Shown: piece by piece, positions 52,823 to 63,328 of the stretch
Position numbering within the stretch: position 1 is the first letter of the stretch
Layout: every line of letters starts with the position of its first letter
From: Limisphaerales bacterium
Lineage (GTDB): Bacteria; Verrucomicrobiota; Verrucomicrobiia; Limisphaerales; JBGAJN01
Assembly (NCBI GenBank): GCA_044224905.1
Contig: JBGAJN010000002.1
Coordinates: 642,133 to 706,132, forward strand
Direction: 5' to 3'
DNA: 64,000 nt
The notes under the pieces: model-generated
Seen by the model: the letters and a program-made list of their open reading frames with translations, nothing else
Databases searched by the model: none
Told to the model about the DNA's origin: nothing
Position numbers and translations under genes: made by a program

Positions 52823-54115
52823 ATGAAACTAACGATCATCGGCACCGGCTACGTGGGATTGGTGACGGGCACCTGCTTTGCAGAAGTGGGCCATACCGTC
52901 ATTTGCGTGGATAACAACGAAGCGAAAGTGAAGATGCTTCGCGGCGGTGGCATTCCGATTTACGAACCGGGGCTGGAGGAGATGATCAAGCGCAACGTCG
53001 CTGCAGGCCGCCTGCATTTCACCAGCAGCACCAAGGAAGGCGTCGAGAAGTCCGACATTATTTTTATCGCCGTGCCCACGCCGCCGCAACCCGATGGCTC
53101 GGTGGATTTGAGTTTCATCGAAACGGTCGCCCGCGAAATCGCGAGCTCGATCACCAGTTACAAGATCGTCGTCGACAAGAGCACCGTGCCCGTCAAGACC
53201 GGCGACAAGGTCGCTGAAACGATCAAACGTTACTGCAAGGCGAAGGTCGATTGCGACGTCGTGAGCAATCCGGAATTCCTGCGCGAAGGTTTCGCCGTGG
53301 AAGATTTGATGAAGCCTGACCGCGTCGTCATCGGCGTGCGTTCCCAGCGCCCGGTGCAGGCGATGAAGGACGTTTACACGCCGTTCAACGCGCCGATCAT
53401 CGTCACCGACATCAACTCGGCGGAATTGATCAAGCACGCGGCGAACTCGTTCCTCGCGCTGAAGATTTCCTACATCAACGCGGTGGCGAACATCTGCGAA
53501 GCTTCCGGCGCGAACGTCGAAGAAGTCGCCACGGGCATGGGCATGGACGTGCGCATTGGCCGGCGATTCCTCAACGCTGGCATTGGCTTTGGCGGCTCCT
53601 GCTTCCCGAAAGACTTGAGCGCCTTCATCAAGATTTCCGAAACGCTCGGCTATGATTTCGCACTGCTGAAGGAAGTTCAGCGGATCAACGCGAATCAGAT
53701 GGAACGTTTCGTGAAGAAGATCACGGACACGTTGTGGGTCTTGAAGGAAAAGAAAATCGGCGTGCTCGGTCTGGCGTTCAAACAGAACACCGACGACGTC
53801 CGCATGTCTCCGGCGATCGAGCTTTGCCAGCACTTACTCAAAGGCGGCGCGTCCCTCCGCGTGTTTGATCCCAAGGCGATGGAGAAGGCGAAAGAACTTT
53901 TGAAGGACACCGTCACCTACGTGCCCGACATGAATGCCGTGGCTGATGGCTGCGACGCGCTCGTGATCGCGACCGAATGGCCGGAGTTCAAGCAGCTCGA
54001 TCTCGAACGCGTCCGCAAGTCGCTCACGCATCCGATTCTTTTCGACGGCCGGAATCTCTTTGATCCGGGCTACATGGAAAAGCTCGGCTTCATCTACAAG
54101 AGCGTCGGGCGTTAA
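52823..54115 (+). CDS. ugd: UDP-glucose 6-dehydrogenase
   Basis: MKLTIIGTGYVGLVTGTCFAEVGHTVICVD, IPIYEPGLEE, NPEFLREG and the catalytic GFGGSCFPKD. Confidence 0.9.
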   Translation: MKLTIIGTGYVGLVTGTCFAEVGHTVICVDNNEAKVKMLRGGGIPIYEPGLEEMIKRNVAAGRLHFTSSTKEGVEKSDIIFIAVPTPPQPDGSVDLSFIETVAREIASSITSYKIVVDKSTVPVKTGDKVAETIKRYCKAKVDCDVVSNPEFLREGFAVEDLMKPDRVVIGVRSQRPVQAMKDVYTPFNAPIIVTDINSAELIKHAANSFLALKISYINAVANICEASGANVEEVATGMGMDVRIGRRFLNAGIGFGGSCFPKDLSAFIKISETLGYDFALLKEVQRINANQMERFVKKITDTLWVLKEKKIGVLGLAFKQNTDDVRMSPAIELCQHLLKGGASLRVFDPKAMEKAKELLKDTVTYVPDMNAVADGCDALVIATEWPEFKQLDLERVRKSLTHPILFDGRNLFDPGYMEKLGFIYKSVGR

Positions 54116-54186
54116 TCGCTCGTTTGCCGAATCTGTCCGGGAATGGCTCGACTCTGTCGGGCCATTTCCATTTTACTCGGGCCCGC

Positions 54187-54591
54187 ATGGGAAAGTTGAT
54201 CGAAGTCTCCGCGGGGCTCGTGTTCCGCAAGGGTTCGTTGCTGATCACGCAACGTCGCGCGGGCGATCACCTCGGTGGCTTGTGGGAGTTTCCCGGTGGC
54301 AAACGCGAGCCGCACGAAACCTTCGAGCAATGTCTCTCTCGCGAACTCCACGAAGAACTCGGCATCGACGTGACGGTCGGCGAGTTGGTCGAATCCATCG
54401 ATCACCATTACCCGGAGAAATCCGTTCATCTGCGCTTCTTTCGCTGCAGGTGGCTTCGTCACGAACCGCAACCGCTCGGCTGCCACGCGCTCGCATGGGT
54501 CAACGCTGCGCAATTGGCCGACTACGAATTCCCCGCCGCCGACGCGCGGTTACTGGAAAAACTCCGCCACAGCACCGAGTGGTGGCAGTGA
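54187..54591 (+). CDS. mutT: NUDIX hydrolase, MutT-type (8-oxo-dGTP diphosphatase-like)
   Basis: An ATG at 54187 is preferred over the ORF start at 54124. Nudix box GLWEFPGGKREPHETFEQCLSRELHEELGI. The overall layout is like E. coli MutT. Confidence 0.75.
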   Translation: MGKLIEVSAGLVFRKGSLLITQRRAGDHLGGLWEFPGGKREPHETFEQCLSRELHEELGIDVTVGELVESIDHHYPEKSVHLRFFRCRWLRHEPQPLGCHALAWVNAAQLADYEFPAADARLLEKLRHSTEWWQ

Positions 54592-54663
54592 GCGACCGTC
54601 GTGGGCAAAAGAAAAGCGGCACTCCGGAGAGCGCCGCTTTCGTGGTGGAGATTGGTTAGAGGC

Positions 54664-55836
54664 TTACAACTTCCCGTAAGCTGCTTCGACGACCTGCTTG
54701 AAGGTGTTTTCACCCACGCGGACGATGCCGAGTTCGCGTTGCGCATTTTCGGGCGCGTCGCTGGCGTGCGCGGCGTTGACCATGATGTTTGAGCCGAATT
54801 CGCGGCGAATGGATCCGGGCGGCGCCTTGGAGGGATCCGTCGGTCCGAGGACGTCGCGGATCTTGTTTACAGCGTTGACGCCTTCGTAAACGAGCGCGAT
54901 GCACTTCTCGGTGCCCGGCTCTTTGAGTTGCTCAGGTGTGCATTCGCCGCCGGAACGACCGGACATGAAGCGCACGATGTTGTCGAACTGGTTGTCGCCG
55001 AAATAAGGTCCGAGGACGTCGCCGAGTTGCTTTTGCGCGTCGCCGACGATGGGGAAGCCGAGTTCCTTTTCGAGGATCTTCGCCGCCTTGCCGGCTACGA
55101 CGTCCTTGAGCTTGGTGCGGAGAACTTCGCGGACGGGGCCGTAGAACTCCATCGCCTCGGTCGTGCTCATGCAATGAACTTTGATGCCCACGATGAAAAG
55201 GCCGGTGCGGGAGAAGAAGTCGATGACGTTGCCGGGACGGCCGGTCGCGAAGCGGAAGTTATCCGGCTTGATCAGCACCAGCGTGCGTTGCGGCTTTTCG
55301 CCTGGCGCGTAAGCAATGGTGTTTTCCAGCACGCCGCCGTCGGTGTCCGAGTAACGAGCCCACAGCTTGAGCTTCATTTCGGCTTCCTCGGCATTCGGCG
55401 CGGCGAGAACGGCGGGTTCGAAGTAACGAACCTGATCCTTTTCATCGAGGATCAAGTCGCCATACGTGTCGCGAATGGTTTCGCCGCCGGCGCGATCGGA
55501 GCGGATGTTGCCGATGACGGAGCGGGTCTTGCGAACCGCGTCTTCACCCTTGAAAATCAGCATCATGACGCGGCGCCGGGCGCCGGTCTTCGGATCGGGC
55601 GAGAGATTCTGGAGGATGTAATCGCGGATCAGTTCCTGAATGCGGCGATCTTGCGGATCATTGGCCGAAATGATGGCTTCGGAATACTTCTTAACCAGCT
55701 CGGTGCTCGGGGCGAACATGCGGGCGGCCACGAGTTCGAGTCCGGTGCGGGTGATCAACCGTGCCAGAATACCGCCGGTGCGGGATTTCGACAGGGTGTA
55801 CGGGGTGATGATGACGTAGGCGAGTTGTTGCGACAT
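54664..55836 (-). CDS. Nucleoside-diphosphate kinase-like protein, long two-module form
   Basis: 390 aa. The N-terminal module is AYVIITPYTLSKSRTGGILARLI...ARMF. The second module is RTLVLIKPDNFRFATGRPGNVIDFFSRTGLFIVGIKV ... NAAHASDAPENAQREL (NDK His motif). Confidence 0.65.
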   Translation of the reverse strand: MSQQLAYVIITPYTLSKSRTGGILARLITRTGLELVAARMFAPSTELVKKYSEAIISANDPQDRRIQELIRDYILQNLSPDPKTGARRRVMMLIFKGEDAVRKTRSVIGNIRSDRAGGETIRDTYGDLILDEKDQVRYFEPAVLAAPNAEEAEMKLKLWARYSDTDGGVLENTIAYAPGEKPQRTLVLIKPDNFRFATGRPGNVIDFFSRTGLFIVGIKVHCMSTTEAMEFYGPVREVLRTKLKDVVAGKAAKILEKELGFPIVGDAQKQLGDVLGPYFGDNQFDNIVRFMSGRSGGECTPEQLKEPGTEKCIALVYEGVNAVNKIRDVLGPTDPSKAPPGSIRREFGSNIMVNAAHASDAPENAQRELGIVRVGENTFKQVVEAAYGKL

Positions 55837-55843
55837 GATTAAA

Positions 55844-56044
55844 TCAGGCTTGTGGCGTCGACGGTGCTGCGGGCGGCGGCGTGCCAGCGGGCGGGTCCGC
55901 TTTGACGCCGAGCGTCTTGAACATTCCGACGCCGCACGTGGGGCACTTGCCCTTGATGGCTTTGCGACCGTTCTTGGTCACAACTTCCACTGCGTCAGCA
56001 ATTTCCTTTTTGGCTTTGCATTTAACGCAATAACCTTCGGCCAT
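55844..56044 (-). CDS. Small zinc-ribbon protein (DUF5679-like)
   Basis: An internal ATG at 56044 gives 66 aa: MAEGYCVKCKAKKEIADAVEVVTKNGRKAIKGKCPTCGVGMFKTLG plus a Pro/Ala tail. It has a CxxC...CxxC pattern. The upstream part of the 149-aa ORF looks non-coding. Confidence 0.55.
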   Translation of the reverse strand: MAEGYCVKCKAKKEIADAVEVVTKNGRKAIKGKCPTCGVGMFKTLGVKADPPAGTPPPAAPSTPQA

Positions 56045-56270
56045 AAGATCTTTCTGGGCAGGCGCCACATGCGCCTGTGTTAGTTCCGCATAGCTTACGG
56101 GCCGTGTATCGGGAGCGTCAACTGGTAAAGGGACACGCAGAAGCCCCTGCAAATAGGGGCAAATTCTCGCAATCAGGCTGAGTTTGCGGTCGCCAACACA
56201 CTCCCTTCCGCCTCCAAGACTGGGTCGTGGAGCCGGCTGAATTCCCGCGTTCTGGGCGTTGTGACGGTCT

Positions 56271-57755
56271 TCAGCTCTTTGCGGCCAGTGCACGGAGCGC
56301 TGTCTTCAAAATCTTCCCCGTCGGATTGCGGGGCAGGGCGGGCATCACCTGGACGTGCTTGGGGACTTTATAGTCGGCGAGCTTTTCGCGGACGAAATGC
56401 AGCAGATCCTTCTCGACGAGCGTTGCCCCCTCCGTCAGTGCCACGAAGGCGATTGGTTGTTCGCCTTTGCGCGCGTCAGGCACGCCGATGACCGCGGCTT
56501 CCTTGATGCCGGGAAATTTGTAGATCACTTCCTCGATCTCGCGCGGGTAAACGTTGATGCCGTTGACGAGCAACATATCCTTCTTACGATCGGTGATGTA
56601 GTAGAACCCTTCTGCGTCACGATGGCCCACGTCGCCGGTGTAAAGCCAGCCATCGCGGATCGTCTTCGCGGTTTCTTCAGGTTGGTTCCAATAACCGCGC
56701 ATCACGTTGCCGCCGCGGATGCAAATCTCGCCCTTCGCCTCGGTCGGCAATTCGGCGCCGTCATCATCGCGAATACTCATCTCCACGCCGGGCACCGGCA
56801 CGCCCACGGAGCCGGCCTTTTGCGTGCCGTGAATCGGATTTACCGAGGCGACCGGACTGCTTTCCGTCGGTCCGTAGCCTTCGATCAAGTGTGTGGGAAA
56901 CTTCGCGTTGAAATCGCGCAACACCTCGACGGGCAACGGCGCGCCGCCGCTGATGCACAGGCGGAGCGGCCATTGCGGCGGCGTGGGCATCTGCGTGATC
57001 GTTCGCCAGAATTGCGGAACCGCCGGCAGGATCGTGCCATTGCGACGGACGATTTCCTCGAGCACGTGCTTGAGCGGATGCAGCGACTTGAGCAGCACGA
57101 TTCCCGCGCCCGCGATCATCGGCACTAGTGTGCCCACCGTGAACATGAAGCTGTGAAATTGCGGGAGCAATACGACCATCCGATCGCGATCCGTAACCTC
57201 CAGACACTTGAGGCAACTGCCCACGTTGTGCAGAAAATTTCCGTGCGTGAGCATCGCGCCCTTCGGATGACCGGTGGTCCCCGACGTGTAGAGCAACGCA
57301 GCGAGATCGTTCTCCGTTTGCGTCGGCGCGGGAAAATTCGCCGGCACGTCACTCGGCGCGGGAAAGTTTTCCGCGAGCAGGAAACGCACGCCTGGCACCA
57401 GCGTCGCAAGTTTCGCCTGCGTTTCGGCGAGGCCGGTTTCGGAAATGACGACCTTCGCGCCGGAGTCGTTGAGCAAGTAAGCGACTTCGTCCGGTTTGAG
57501 GAAATTATTCACCATCACCACCGCGCCGCCGGCGTTCCACACGCCGAAGATCGCGGGGATGAACTCGGGCCGGTTCTTCAGCCACACCGCCACGCGGTCG
57601 CCCGGCTGCACGTTGAACTCGCTGTGCAGCCGCGCCGCCACCGCGCGTGCCTGATCGGCGAGTTGCCCGTAGGTAAACTCCTCGTCACCCCAAAAAAGGG
57701 CGGGATGCTGCCGTTGGCGGTCGGCGGAATTCTGGAACGCGAGCGCGAGATTCAT
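56271..57755 (-). CDS. Long-chain-fatty-acid--CoA ligase / AMP-dependent synthetase
   Basis: AMP-binding motif LLYTSGTTGHPKGAMLTHGNF, with YGPTE, TGDVGHRDAEGFYYITDRKKDM and GKILK. Confidence 0.9.
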   Translation of the reverse strand: MNLALAFQNSADRQRQHPALFWGDEEFTYGQLADQARAVAARLHSEFNVQPGDRVAVWLKNRPEFIPAIFGVWNAGGAVVMVNNFLKPDEVAYLLNDSGAKVVISETGLAETQAKLATLVPGVRFLLAENFPAPSDVPANFPAPTQTENDLAALLYTSGTTGHPKGAMLTHGNFLHNVGSCLKCLEVTDRDRMVVLLPQFHSFMFTVGTLVPMIAGAGIVLLKSLHPLKHVLEEIVRRNGTILPAVPQFWRTITQMPTPPQWPLRLCISGGAPLPVEVLRDFNAKFPTHLIEGYGPTESSPVASVNPIHGTQKAGSVGVPVPGVEMSIRDDDGAELPTEAKGEICIRGGNVMRGYWNQPEETAKTIRDGWLYTGDVGHRDAEGFYYITDRKKDMLLVNGINVYPREIEEVIYKFPGIKEAAVIGVPDARKGEQPIAFVALTEGATLVEKDLLHFVREKLADYKVPKHVQVMPALPRNPTGKILKTALRALAAKS

Positions 57756-57868
57756 GTGATGCTTGGCGGCGATTCAATGCGTGCCGTGCGTCGACTGCAA
57801 TCCAAATTCCGCAGGGACTTGCGCTTTCCGCTTCCGCTGACGCCTCCATTTGAGTTTAACTGTCCGAA

Positions 57869-58921
57869 GTGATCACAACCGATACCAGCCTCGCTGAGTG
57901 GCTCCCGCGTTTGCGCGGTGCTGAATGGCTGGCTGTGGACACCGAGGCCGACAGCCTTCATTCGTATCCGGAGAAGATTTGCCTGATCCAGATCAGCATT
58001 CCCGACCACGACTTGCTCGTCGATCCGCTCGCTGGCATCGATCTCCAGCCGCTGCTGGCGGTTTTCCGCGAACGTGAGTTGTTGATGCACGGCTCGGATT
58101 ACGATTTGCGCCTGTTGCAACGCGGCCATCGCTTCGTCGCGGGAAAAATCTTCGACACCATGCTGGCCGCGCGATTGCTGGGGCTGGAGCAGTTCGGTTT
58201 GTCGAACCTCGTGGAGAAGTTTCTCGGCATCAAACTCGACAAAGGTTCGCAGAAAGCCGACTGGTCGCGCCGCCCGCTTTCTCCCCGCATGGAGGCCTAT
58301 GCGCGCAACGACACGCACCATCTCAACGCTATCGTCACGATCCTCCGCGCGGAGTTGATCGCGAAAGGCCGTCTCGGATGGCAGGAGGAATCCTGCGCCC
58401 AACTCGTCGCCGAGTGCGCCGTGCCGCGCGTCGACGATCCCGATGAAATCTGGCGCGTCAAAGGCAGCTTCCGGCTCGGTCGCCGATCGCTCGCGGTTCT
58501 GCGCGACATGTGGCATTGGCGTGATGCCGAGGCGCGCGCGGCCAATCGCCCGCCGTTCTTCATCCTCAGTCACGAAGTGATGGTTCACCTCGCCAGCCTC
58601 GCGACGCATGAACCGTTTGAATCGCATCTGCCGCGGCATCTTTCGCCGGGCCGCCGCGCCGGGTTGATCCGCGCCATTGAAAAAGGCCTCGCGTGCCCGG
58701 AAGCGGAATGGCCGTATCCGCCGGAACACAAGGGACGTCGTCCGACCGAAGCGGAGAATCGCCGCATGGATCAGTTGAAAAACATCCGCGACCGCCACGC
58801 GAAGGAACTGGGCATCGATCCCACGCTGATCGCCAGCCGCGCAATGCTCCTGGCGCTCGCGCAAGATTGGGAGAAGCACTCGGCCGAGCTCATGAAGTGG
58901 CAGCGCGAGTTGTTGAAGTAG
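57869..58921 (+). CDS. rnd: Ribonuclease D (DEDD 3'-5' exonuclease + HRDC)
   Basis: LAVDTEADSLHSYPEKICLIQIS, HGSDYDLRLL and YARNDTHHL (exo motifs), followed by an HRDC-like region. GTG start. Confidence 0.8.
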   Translation: MITTDTSLAEWLPRLRGAEWLAVDTEADSLHSYPEKICLIQISIPDHDLLVDPLAGIDLQPLLAVFRERELLMHGSDYDLRLLQRGHRFVAGKIFDTMLAARLLGLEQFGLSNLVEKFLGIKLDKGSQKADWSRRPLSPRMEAYARNDTHHLNAIVTILRAELIAKGRLGWQEESCAQLVAECAVPRVDDPDEIWRVKGSFRLGRRSLAVLRDMWHWRDAEARAANRPPFFILSHEVMVHLASLATHEPFESHLPRHLSPGRRAGLIRAIEKGLACPEAEWPYPPEHKGRRPTEAENRRMDQLKNIRDRHAKELGIDPTLIASRAMLLALAQDWEKHSAELMKWQRELLK

Positions 58922-59011
58922 CATCGGTGGAACGGCGCCGCGTGAGCGGTATTTTATTCCGTGACGGTTGCATCGGCGGAGGCATAGAGTTCGATTCAAG
59001 CGAGAGATTGC

Positions 59012-59563
59012 ATGAAACACGCCCGACGACTCGTAAGGAAAATTCTACTCGCGGTGCTCACCGCGATCGCCCTGCTGCTGCTCGTGTCCCTTTTTCTTCC
59101 CGGCCGCTATCGCGTCCAGCGCTCGATCGTGATCAACGCGAAAACCGAGGCAATATTCCCGCTCATCTCCACGCCGCGTCGCTGGCCCGAGTGGAGCGCG
59201 TGGTCGGCGGAGCAATTTCCCAACTTAAAATACTCCTACGACGGCCCCGAGTCCGGCGTGGGCGCCATCAGCCGTTGGACCGATCCCAAGATCGGCGATG
59301 GCGAGATGCGAATCCGGCGCGCGGATCCAGCGAAGGGCGTGTGGTACGATCTCACGACACAGCACGGTGCCTATACCTCGAGCGGCGCTGTGGAATTCGA
59401 ACCCGCCGGCGAGGGCACGCGCGTCTTCTGGAGTGACGAAGGCGAGCTTGGTCGTAGCCCGCTCCGCCGTTTTTTCGGGCTCATGGTGGACCGTATGGTC
59501 GGCCCGGGCTTCGAAGCCGGTTTGGTGAAGCTGAAGCAAAAGGTGGAACAGCCGGGCAAATAA
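59012..59563 (+). CDS. SRPBCC-family (polyketide cyclase/START-like) protein with an N-terminal membrane anchor
   Basis: 183 aa with TM ILLAVLTAIALLLLVSLFL, then RYRVQRSIVINAKTEAIFPLISTPRRWPEWSAW, which is typical of SRPBCC. Confidence 0.6.
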   Translation: MKHARRLVRKILLAVLTAIALLLLVSLFLPGRYRVQRSIVINAKTEAIFPLISTPRRWPEWSAWSAEQFPNLKYSYDGPESGVGAISRWTDPKIGDGEMRIRRADPAKGVWYDLTTQHGAYTSSGAVEFEPAGEGTRVFWSDEGELGRSPLRRFFGLMVDRMVGPGFEAGLVKLKQKVEQPGK

Positions 59564-59656
59564 CGGAAGCGGTGCACTGCAGACCGGCGTAGCGGTAACT
59601 TTTCCTCTCCGTTGCGTCTTTGCACCTCGGCGTCTTTGCGATAATAACTCCGCCGC

Positions 59657-61540
59657 ATGAAGTCATCCGCCGCGTCATCAACTTCGCCGACCTTCCTCGG
59701 CATCGAAGGCGGCGGAACACGCACCGTCGCGCTGCTGGCGGATGCTGAAGGGAATTCGCTCAAGCGATTGGAACTCGGCCCGGCGAACCTCCGGCTGCTG
59801 ACCGACGCGCAATTACTGAAACACTTTCGTTCCATTTACGCCGCTTTCCCTGCGCCGGCTGCGATCGGCATCGGCCTCGCCGGTGCGCGCACGGAAAAGG
59901 AATGGCGGCGCGTCCGAATGGTCGCCGCAAAACTCTGGCCCCGCGTTCCGTGCTACGCGACCAACGATCTCGAAACCGCGCTCGCTGCCTCGCCCCTCGC
60001 CCCTTGCCCCTCGCCTCGACCTCAGGTTCTCGTTCTCAGCGGCACCGGCTCCTGTTGCTTCGGACGCGCCGTCGATGGACGCACGCTGCAATTCGGCGGT
60101 TGGGGCCACATTCTCGGCGACAAAGGCAGCGGTTACGAAATCGGCCTGCGCGCGTTGAAGGCCGCGGTGTATTACCTCGACCGCGATGGCGAGTGGTCGC
60201 AACTCGGCCAGCGCCTGCTCCGCGTTCTCCATCTCAACGAGCCGAACGAACTCATCCCGTGGGTTCATTCGGCGGGCAAGACCGAGATCGCCGCGCTCGC
60301 GCCGGAAGTTTTCGCCGCCGCCGCGCGTCGCGACGAAATCGCGCGCGATATTCTCGAAGGCGCGGCGCACAGCCTCGCGAAAGATGCGGCGAGTTGTGCG
60401 AAGAGATTGCTAGAGAAGGGCGAAGCGCGCGGTGCAGAGAGCGGAGGAAAACGAACATTGTTGCCGCCGGTTCAATTTGTTCTCGCGGGAAGCGTCTTGC
60501 TGCGGCAACCCGTCTTCGCGCGAAAGGTCAGCGCGCTGATTCAAGAACGTTGGCCCGGCGCGATCGTCACCCCGCTGAAGCGCGAAAGTGCGTGGGGAGC
60601 CGTCGCGCTGGCGCGCGAAAGTCTCAAAGCCCAAAGTTCGAAGCTCGATGTCGGACCCACTCGGGTGTCCTTGATTCCGTGGGCCGCACTCCGTATTCCG
60701 CATTCGAAACAGCTTTCGCCGACCGAACAGCGTCATCCGCTCTCGATGAATCTCGACAAGTTGTCGGCGGAGCAATCCATCGCGCTCATGTTGCGCGAGG
60801 ACGAAAAGATTCCCTCGGCGGTTTTGGGCGAACGTAAATCGATCGAGCGTGCGCTTGGATTGATCGTTAGTTCCTTCAAACGCGGCGGAAGACTATTCTA
60901 CGTCGGCGCGGGCACCAGTGGACGGCTCGGCATCCTCGACGCGAGCGAATGTCCGCCGACGTTCCGCACCGATCCCGAAATGGTGCAAGGCATCATCGCT
61001 GGTGGCGCACGTGCGATCACCACTGCCGTTGAAGGCGCAGAGGATGATTCGGACGCCGGCGCGCGGGCGATCCGGTTTCGCGGCGTGACTCAACGCGATG
61101 TCGTCGTTGGAATCGCGGCGAGCGGACGAACGCCGTTCGTGTGGGGCGCGCTCGGCGCGGCGAAAAAGCTCGGGGCGAAAACGGTCTTGGTCTGCTTCAA
61201 CCCGCACTTGGAAATTTTCCGCGAGCAAAATCCGAGCGTGGTGATCGCGCCCGACCTCGGCCCGGAACTGCTCACCGGCTCCACGCGGCTGAAATCCGGC
61301 ACGGCGACCAAACTCATTCTCAACATCTTCACGACGCTCGCGATGGTGCGGCTCGGCAAGGTGATTGGGAACCTGATGGTCGATCTGAATCCCTCGAACG
61401 TGAAGCTGCGCGACCGCGCTGTCCGCATCGTGAGGGAACTGACGGGGGCGAGCGAGGACTCAGCGAAAGCTGCGCTGGAAAAAACGGGTTGGGTGGTGAA
61501 AGCCGCGGTGGCGCGTTGCCGCAAGCTCACTTCGTCTTGA
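59657..61540 (+). CDS. murQ: Fusion protein: BadF/BadG/BcrA/BcrD-type sugar kinase domain + N-acetylmuramic acid 6-phosphate etherase (MurQ, SIS) domain
   Basis: N-terminal [12 protein letters not shown]...[13 protein letters not shown]...[17 protein letters not shown] (GlcNAc/MurNAc-kinase-like ATPase). From about nt 60710: [18 protein letters not shown] and [44 protein letters not shown] (MurQ). Confidence 0.75.
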   Translation: MKSSAASSTSPTFLGIEGGGTRTVALLADAEGNSLKRLELGPANLRLLTDAQLLKHFRSIYAAFPAPAAIGIGLAGARTEKEWRRVRMVAAKLWPRVPCYATNDLETALAASPLAPCPSPRPQVLVLSGTGSCCFGRAVDGRTLQFGGWGHILGDKGSGYEIGLRALKAAVYYLDRDGEWSQLGQRLLRVLHLNEPNELIPWVHSAGKTEIAALAPEVFAAAARRDEIARDILEGAAHSLAKDAASCAKRLLEKGEARGAESGGKRTLLPPVQFVLAGSVLLRQPVFARKVSALIQERWPGAIVTPLKRESAWGAVALARESLKAQSSKLDVGPTRVSLIPWAALRIPHSKQLSPTEQRHPLSMNLDKLSAEQSIALMLREDEKIPSAVLGERKSIERALGLIVSSFKRGGRLFYVGAGTSGRLGILDASECPPTFRTDPEMVQGIIAGGARAITTAVEGAEDDSDAGARAIRFRGVTQRDVVVGIAASGRTPFVWGALGAAKKLGAKTVLVCFNPHLEIFREQNPSVVIAPDLGPELLTGSTRLKSGTATKLILNIFTTLAMVRLGKVIGNLMVDLNPSNVKLRDRAVRIVRELTGASEDSAKAALEKTGWVVKAAVARCRKLTSS

Positions 61541-62570
61541 ACGTCCCCACGTGCCCGTTTGACGGGATGCTCACCGTGTAGGTCTTCCCGTCGGCGGCGA
61601 CGCTCAACTTGATGAAGTGCGCGGCGCATTTCTCGGCGAGGTTCGCGATGTGGTCGTCGCTCGTGTTGTTTTCGCCGTCGGGGCGGACGTTTTTGTGAAC
61701 CTGATACATCGCCTTGATGGAGGGCGTTCCTTTCAAGGTGGCGAACGTCGCGGGCATGCAGCCTTTGCGCGAACCATTGTTCATCACGCTGACGGTGGGC
61801 GCGAGGGCGCCGATCAAGAGCGGGTTGTTGCTCACGTCGAGGCCGTGGTGGTTGACCTGATAAACATCCACGGTGCCGACGAGGTTCACCGGGCAAACGA
61901 GTTTCGCCTCGGTGTTCCACGTCATGTCGCCGCCATCGAAAAACTTGAAGCGCCCGAACGTGAGCAGCCACGCGGTGCTGTTGGCGTTGTCGCTCTTGTC
62001 GATCGGTTGCTCCTTGGAATCGGCGCAGCGGGCGTTCGCCTTGGCACCATCCGGTGCGGGAATGAATTTTTGATCCGCGGCGAGGCAACGCATTGAGAGC
62101 GGAAGGCCGGAAGTGGGTTGGCGCAGCTTGACCGCGTCGCCGGCTTTGATGACTTCGCGCGCGTCCACTTTCATTTCGCGATACGGTTTGATGAGAATCG
62201 GGAAGCGCGTGTCGTTGGGATTGTTGTCGGGATTTTTCTCGGGCACGCCTTTGTCGTGGACGGTGCCGATAGGAAGCAGTTGCGAGAGTTCGGCCGCGCC
62301 GCCGAAGTGATCGATGTGAAAGTGCGTGGTGAGCAGGTGATCGATGCGTGTGAGCCCGGCAGCTTCCGTGGCGACCTTGTGAATGCGCGCGGCGTCGCGA
62401 CCGGGGTTGCCGCTGTCGATGAGGAGGGATTCGCCCGTGGGCGTGACGATGAGCGTGGAGCCGCCGCCCTCGGAATCGATCCAATAGAGGTCGAGCGTGC
62501 CGTTCTTTTGGCCGGCGTGCAGCGTGAGACTAAGGGCAACGAGCGAGGCGAGCGTCAGCGCGGATTTCAT
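61527..62570 (-). CDS. Secreted MBL-fold metallo-hydrolase (ComEC-type lactamase_B-like)
   Basis: An ATG at 62570 gives [19 protein letters not shown] (signal peptide), followed by [29 protein letters not shown] and [13 protein letters not shown] (HxHxDH). The Arg-rich 80-aa extension of the ORF was rejected. It converges on murQ with a 14-nt overlap. Confidence 0.6.
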   Translation of the reverse strand: MKSALTLASLVALSLTLHAGQKNGTLDLYWIDSEGGGSTLIVTPTGESLLIDSGNPGRDAARIHKVATEAAGLTRIDHLLTTHFHIDHFGGAAELSQLLPIGTVHDKGVPEKNPDNNPNDTRFPILIKPYREMKVDAREVIKAGDAVKLRQPTSGLPLSMRCLAADQKFIPAPDGAKANARCADSKEQPIDKSDNANSTAWLLTFGRFKFFDGGDMTWNTEAKLVCPVNLVGTVDVYQVNHHGLDVSNNPLLIGALAPTVSVMNNGSRKGCMPATFATLKGTPSIKAMYQVHKNVRPDGENNTSDDHIANLAEKCAAHFIKLSVAADGKTYTVSIPSNGHVGTFKTK

Positions 62571-62623
62571 GCGCCGATGCAAACGGAAATCCGCCTCGCG
62601 TTCAAGCCCGCAGGCGGGACGGA

Positions 62624-63193
62624 TTACTTCCCGAGTCCGGGAATTTCCATGAACGCGTAGCAGAGCATGTGGCAGATGCCCATCTGTGCGTCCTCGGCGC
62701 GACCGTAGTGCGTGTCGTTGATGACGAGCGCGTGGTCGGCGATGTCGGCGAGCTTGCCGCGTTTGGCCCCCACGAGCGCGACGGTGATCAGCCCGTTCTT
62801 CTTCGCCCACTCGATGGCTTTCACGCAGTTCGGTGAGTTGCCACTCACGCTCAGGGTGAGCGCGATGTCGCCCTTGCGACCGTAGTTTTCCAACTGACGC
62901 ACGAAGACGTCCTCATAGGAGTAGTCGTTGCCGATGGCGGTCATCCAACTGACGTTGTCGTTGAGCGAGAGCACGCGGAAGCGCTTGCCGAGCTTGTCGG
63001 AGGAACCTTTGCCGAGATCCGTCGCGAAGTGCGAGCAGTTCGCGGCGCTGCCGCCGTTGCCAAAGCAGAAAATCTGTCGGTCATCCTTCAGCGCGGTGCG
63101 AAACGCTTCGACGACGCGTTCAACTTTATCGAGCGGGATGGAATCGAGAGCGGCCTTCTGAGCCGACACGTAGTCGGAATACCAGTTGTTCAT
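62624..63193 (-). CDS. gmhA: SIS-domain protein, phosphoheptose isomerase (GmhA)-like
   Basis: [69 protein letters not shown]. It is colinear with E. coli GmhA motifs. Confidence 0.6.
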   Translation of the reverse strand: MNNWYSDYVSAQKAALDSIPLDKVERVVEAFRTALKDDRQIFCFGNGGSAANCSHFATDLGKGSSDKLGKRFRVLSLNDNVSWMTAIGNDYSYEDVFVRQLENYGRKGDIALTLSVSGNSPNCVKAIEWAKKNGLITVALVGAKRGKLADIADHALVINDTHYGRAEDAQMGICHMLCYAFMEIPGLGK

Positions 63194-63328
63194 GGGGTGC
63201 TAGTATCGCTGCAAACGGCCGATTGTTCCAAGTCAAAATCACTGAACGTCAGTTGTCGTCGCGGGGACTCACTTGGGGACGCGCCGGTTTTTCCTGTTCG
63301 GAAAGGAACCCGTCAATACACTCCTGCC

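Noticed and set aside
54060-54659. 199-aa plus-strand ORF, and the 54124 start of the NUDIX ORF
   Set aside because: The 199-aa ORF is an Arg-rich alternative frame over the mutT-like gene. The MutT homology begins at MGKLIEVSAG (ATG at 54187), so the upstream extension is unlikely to be translated.
56143-56160. Hairpin gcccct-gcaaat-aggggc, considered as a terminator for the acyl-CoA ligase gene
   Set aside because: It has only a 6-bp stem, lies ~110 nt from the stop, and has no U-tract on the relevant strand. Support is too weak to list as a feature.
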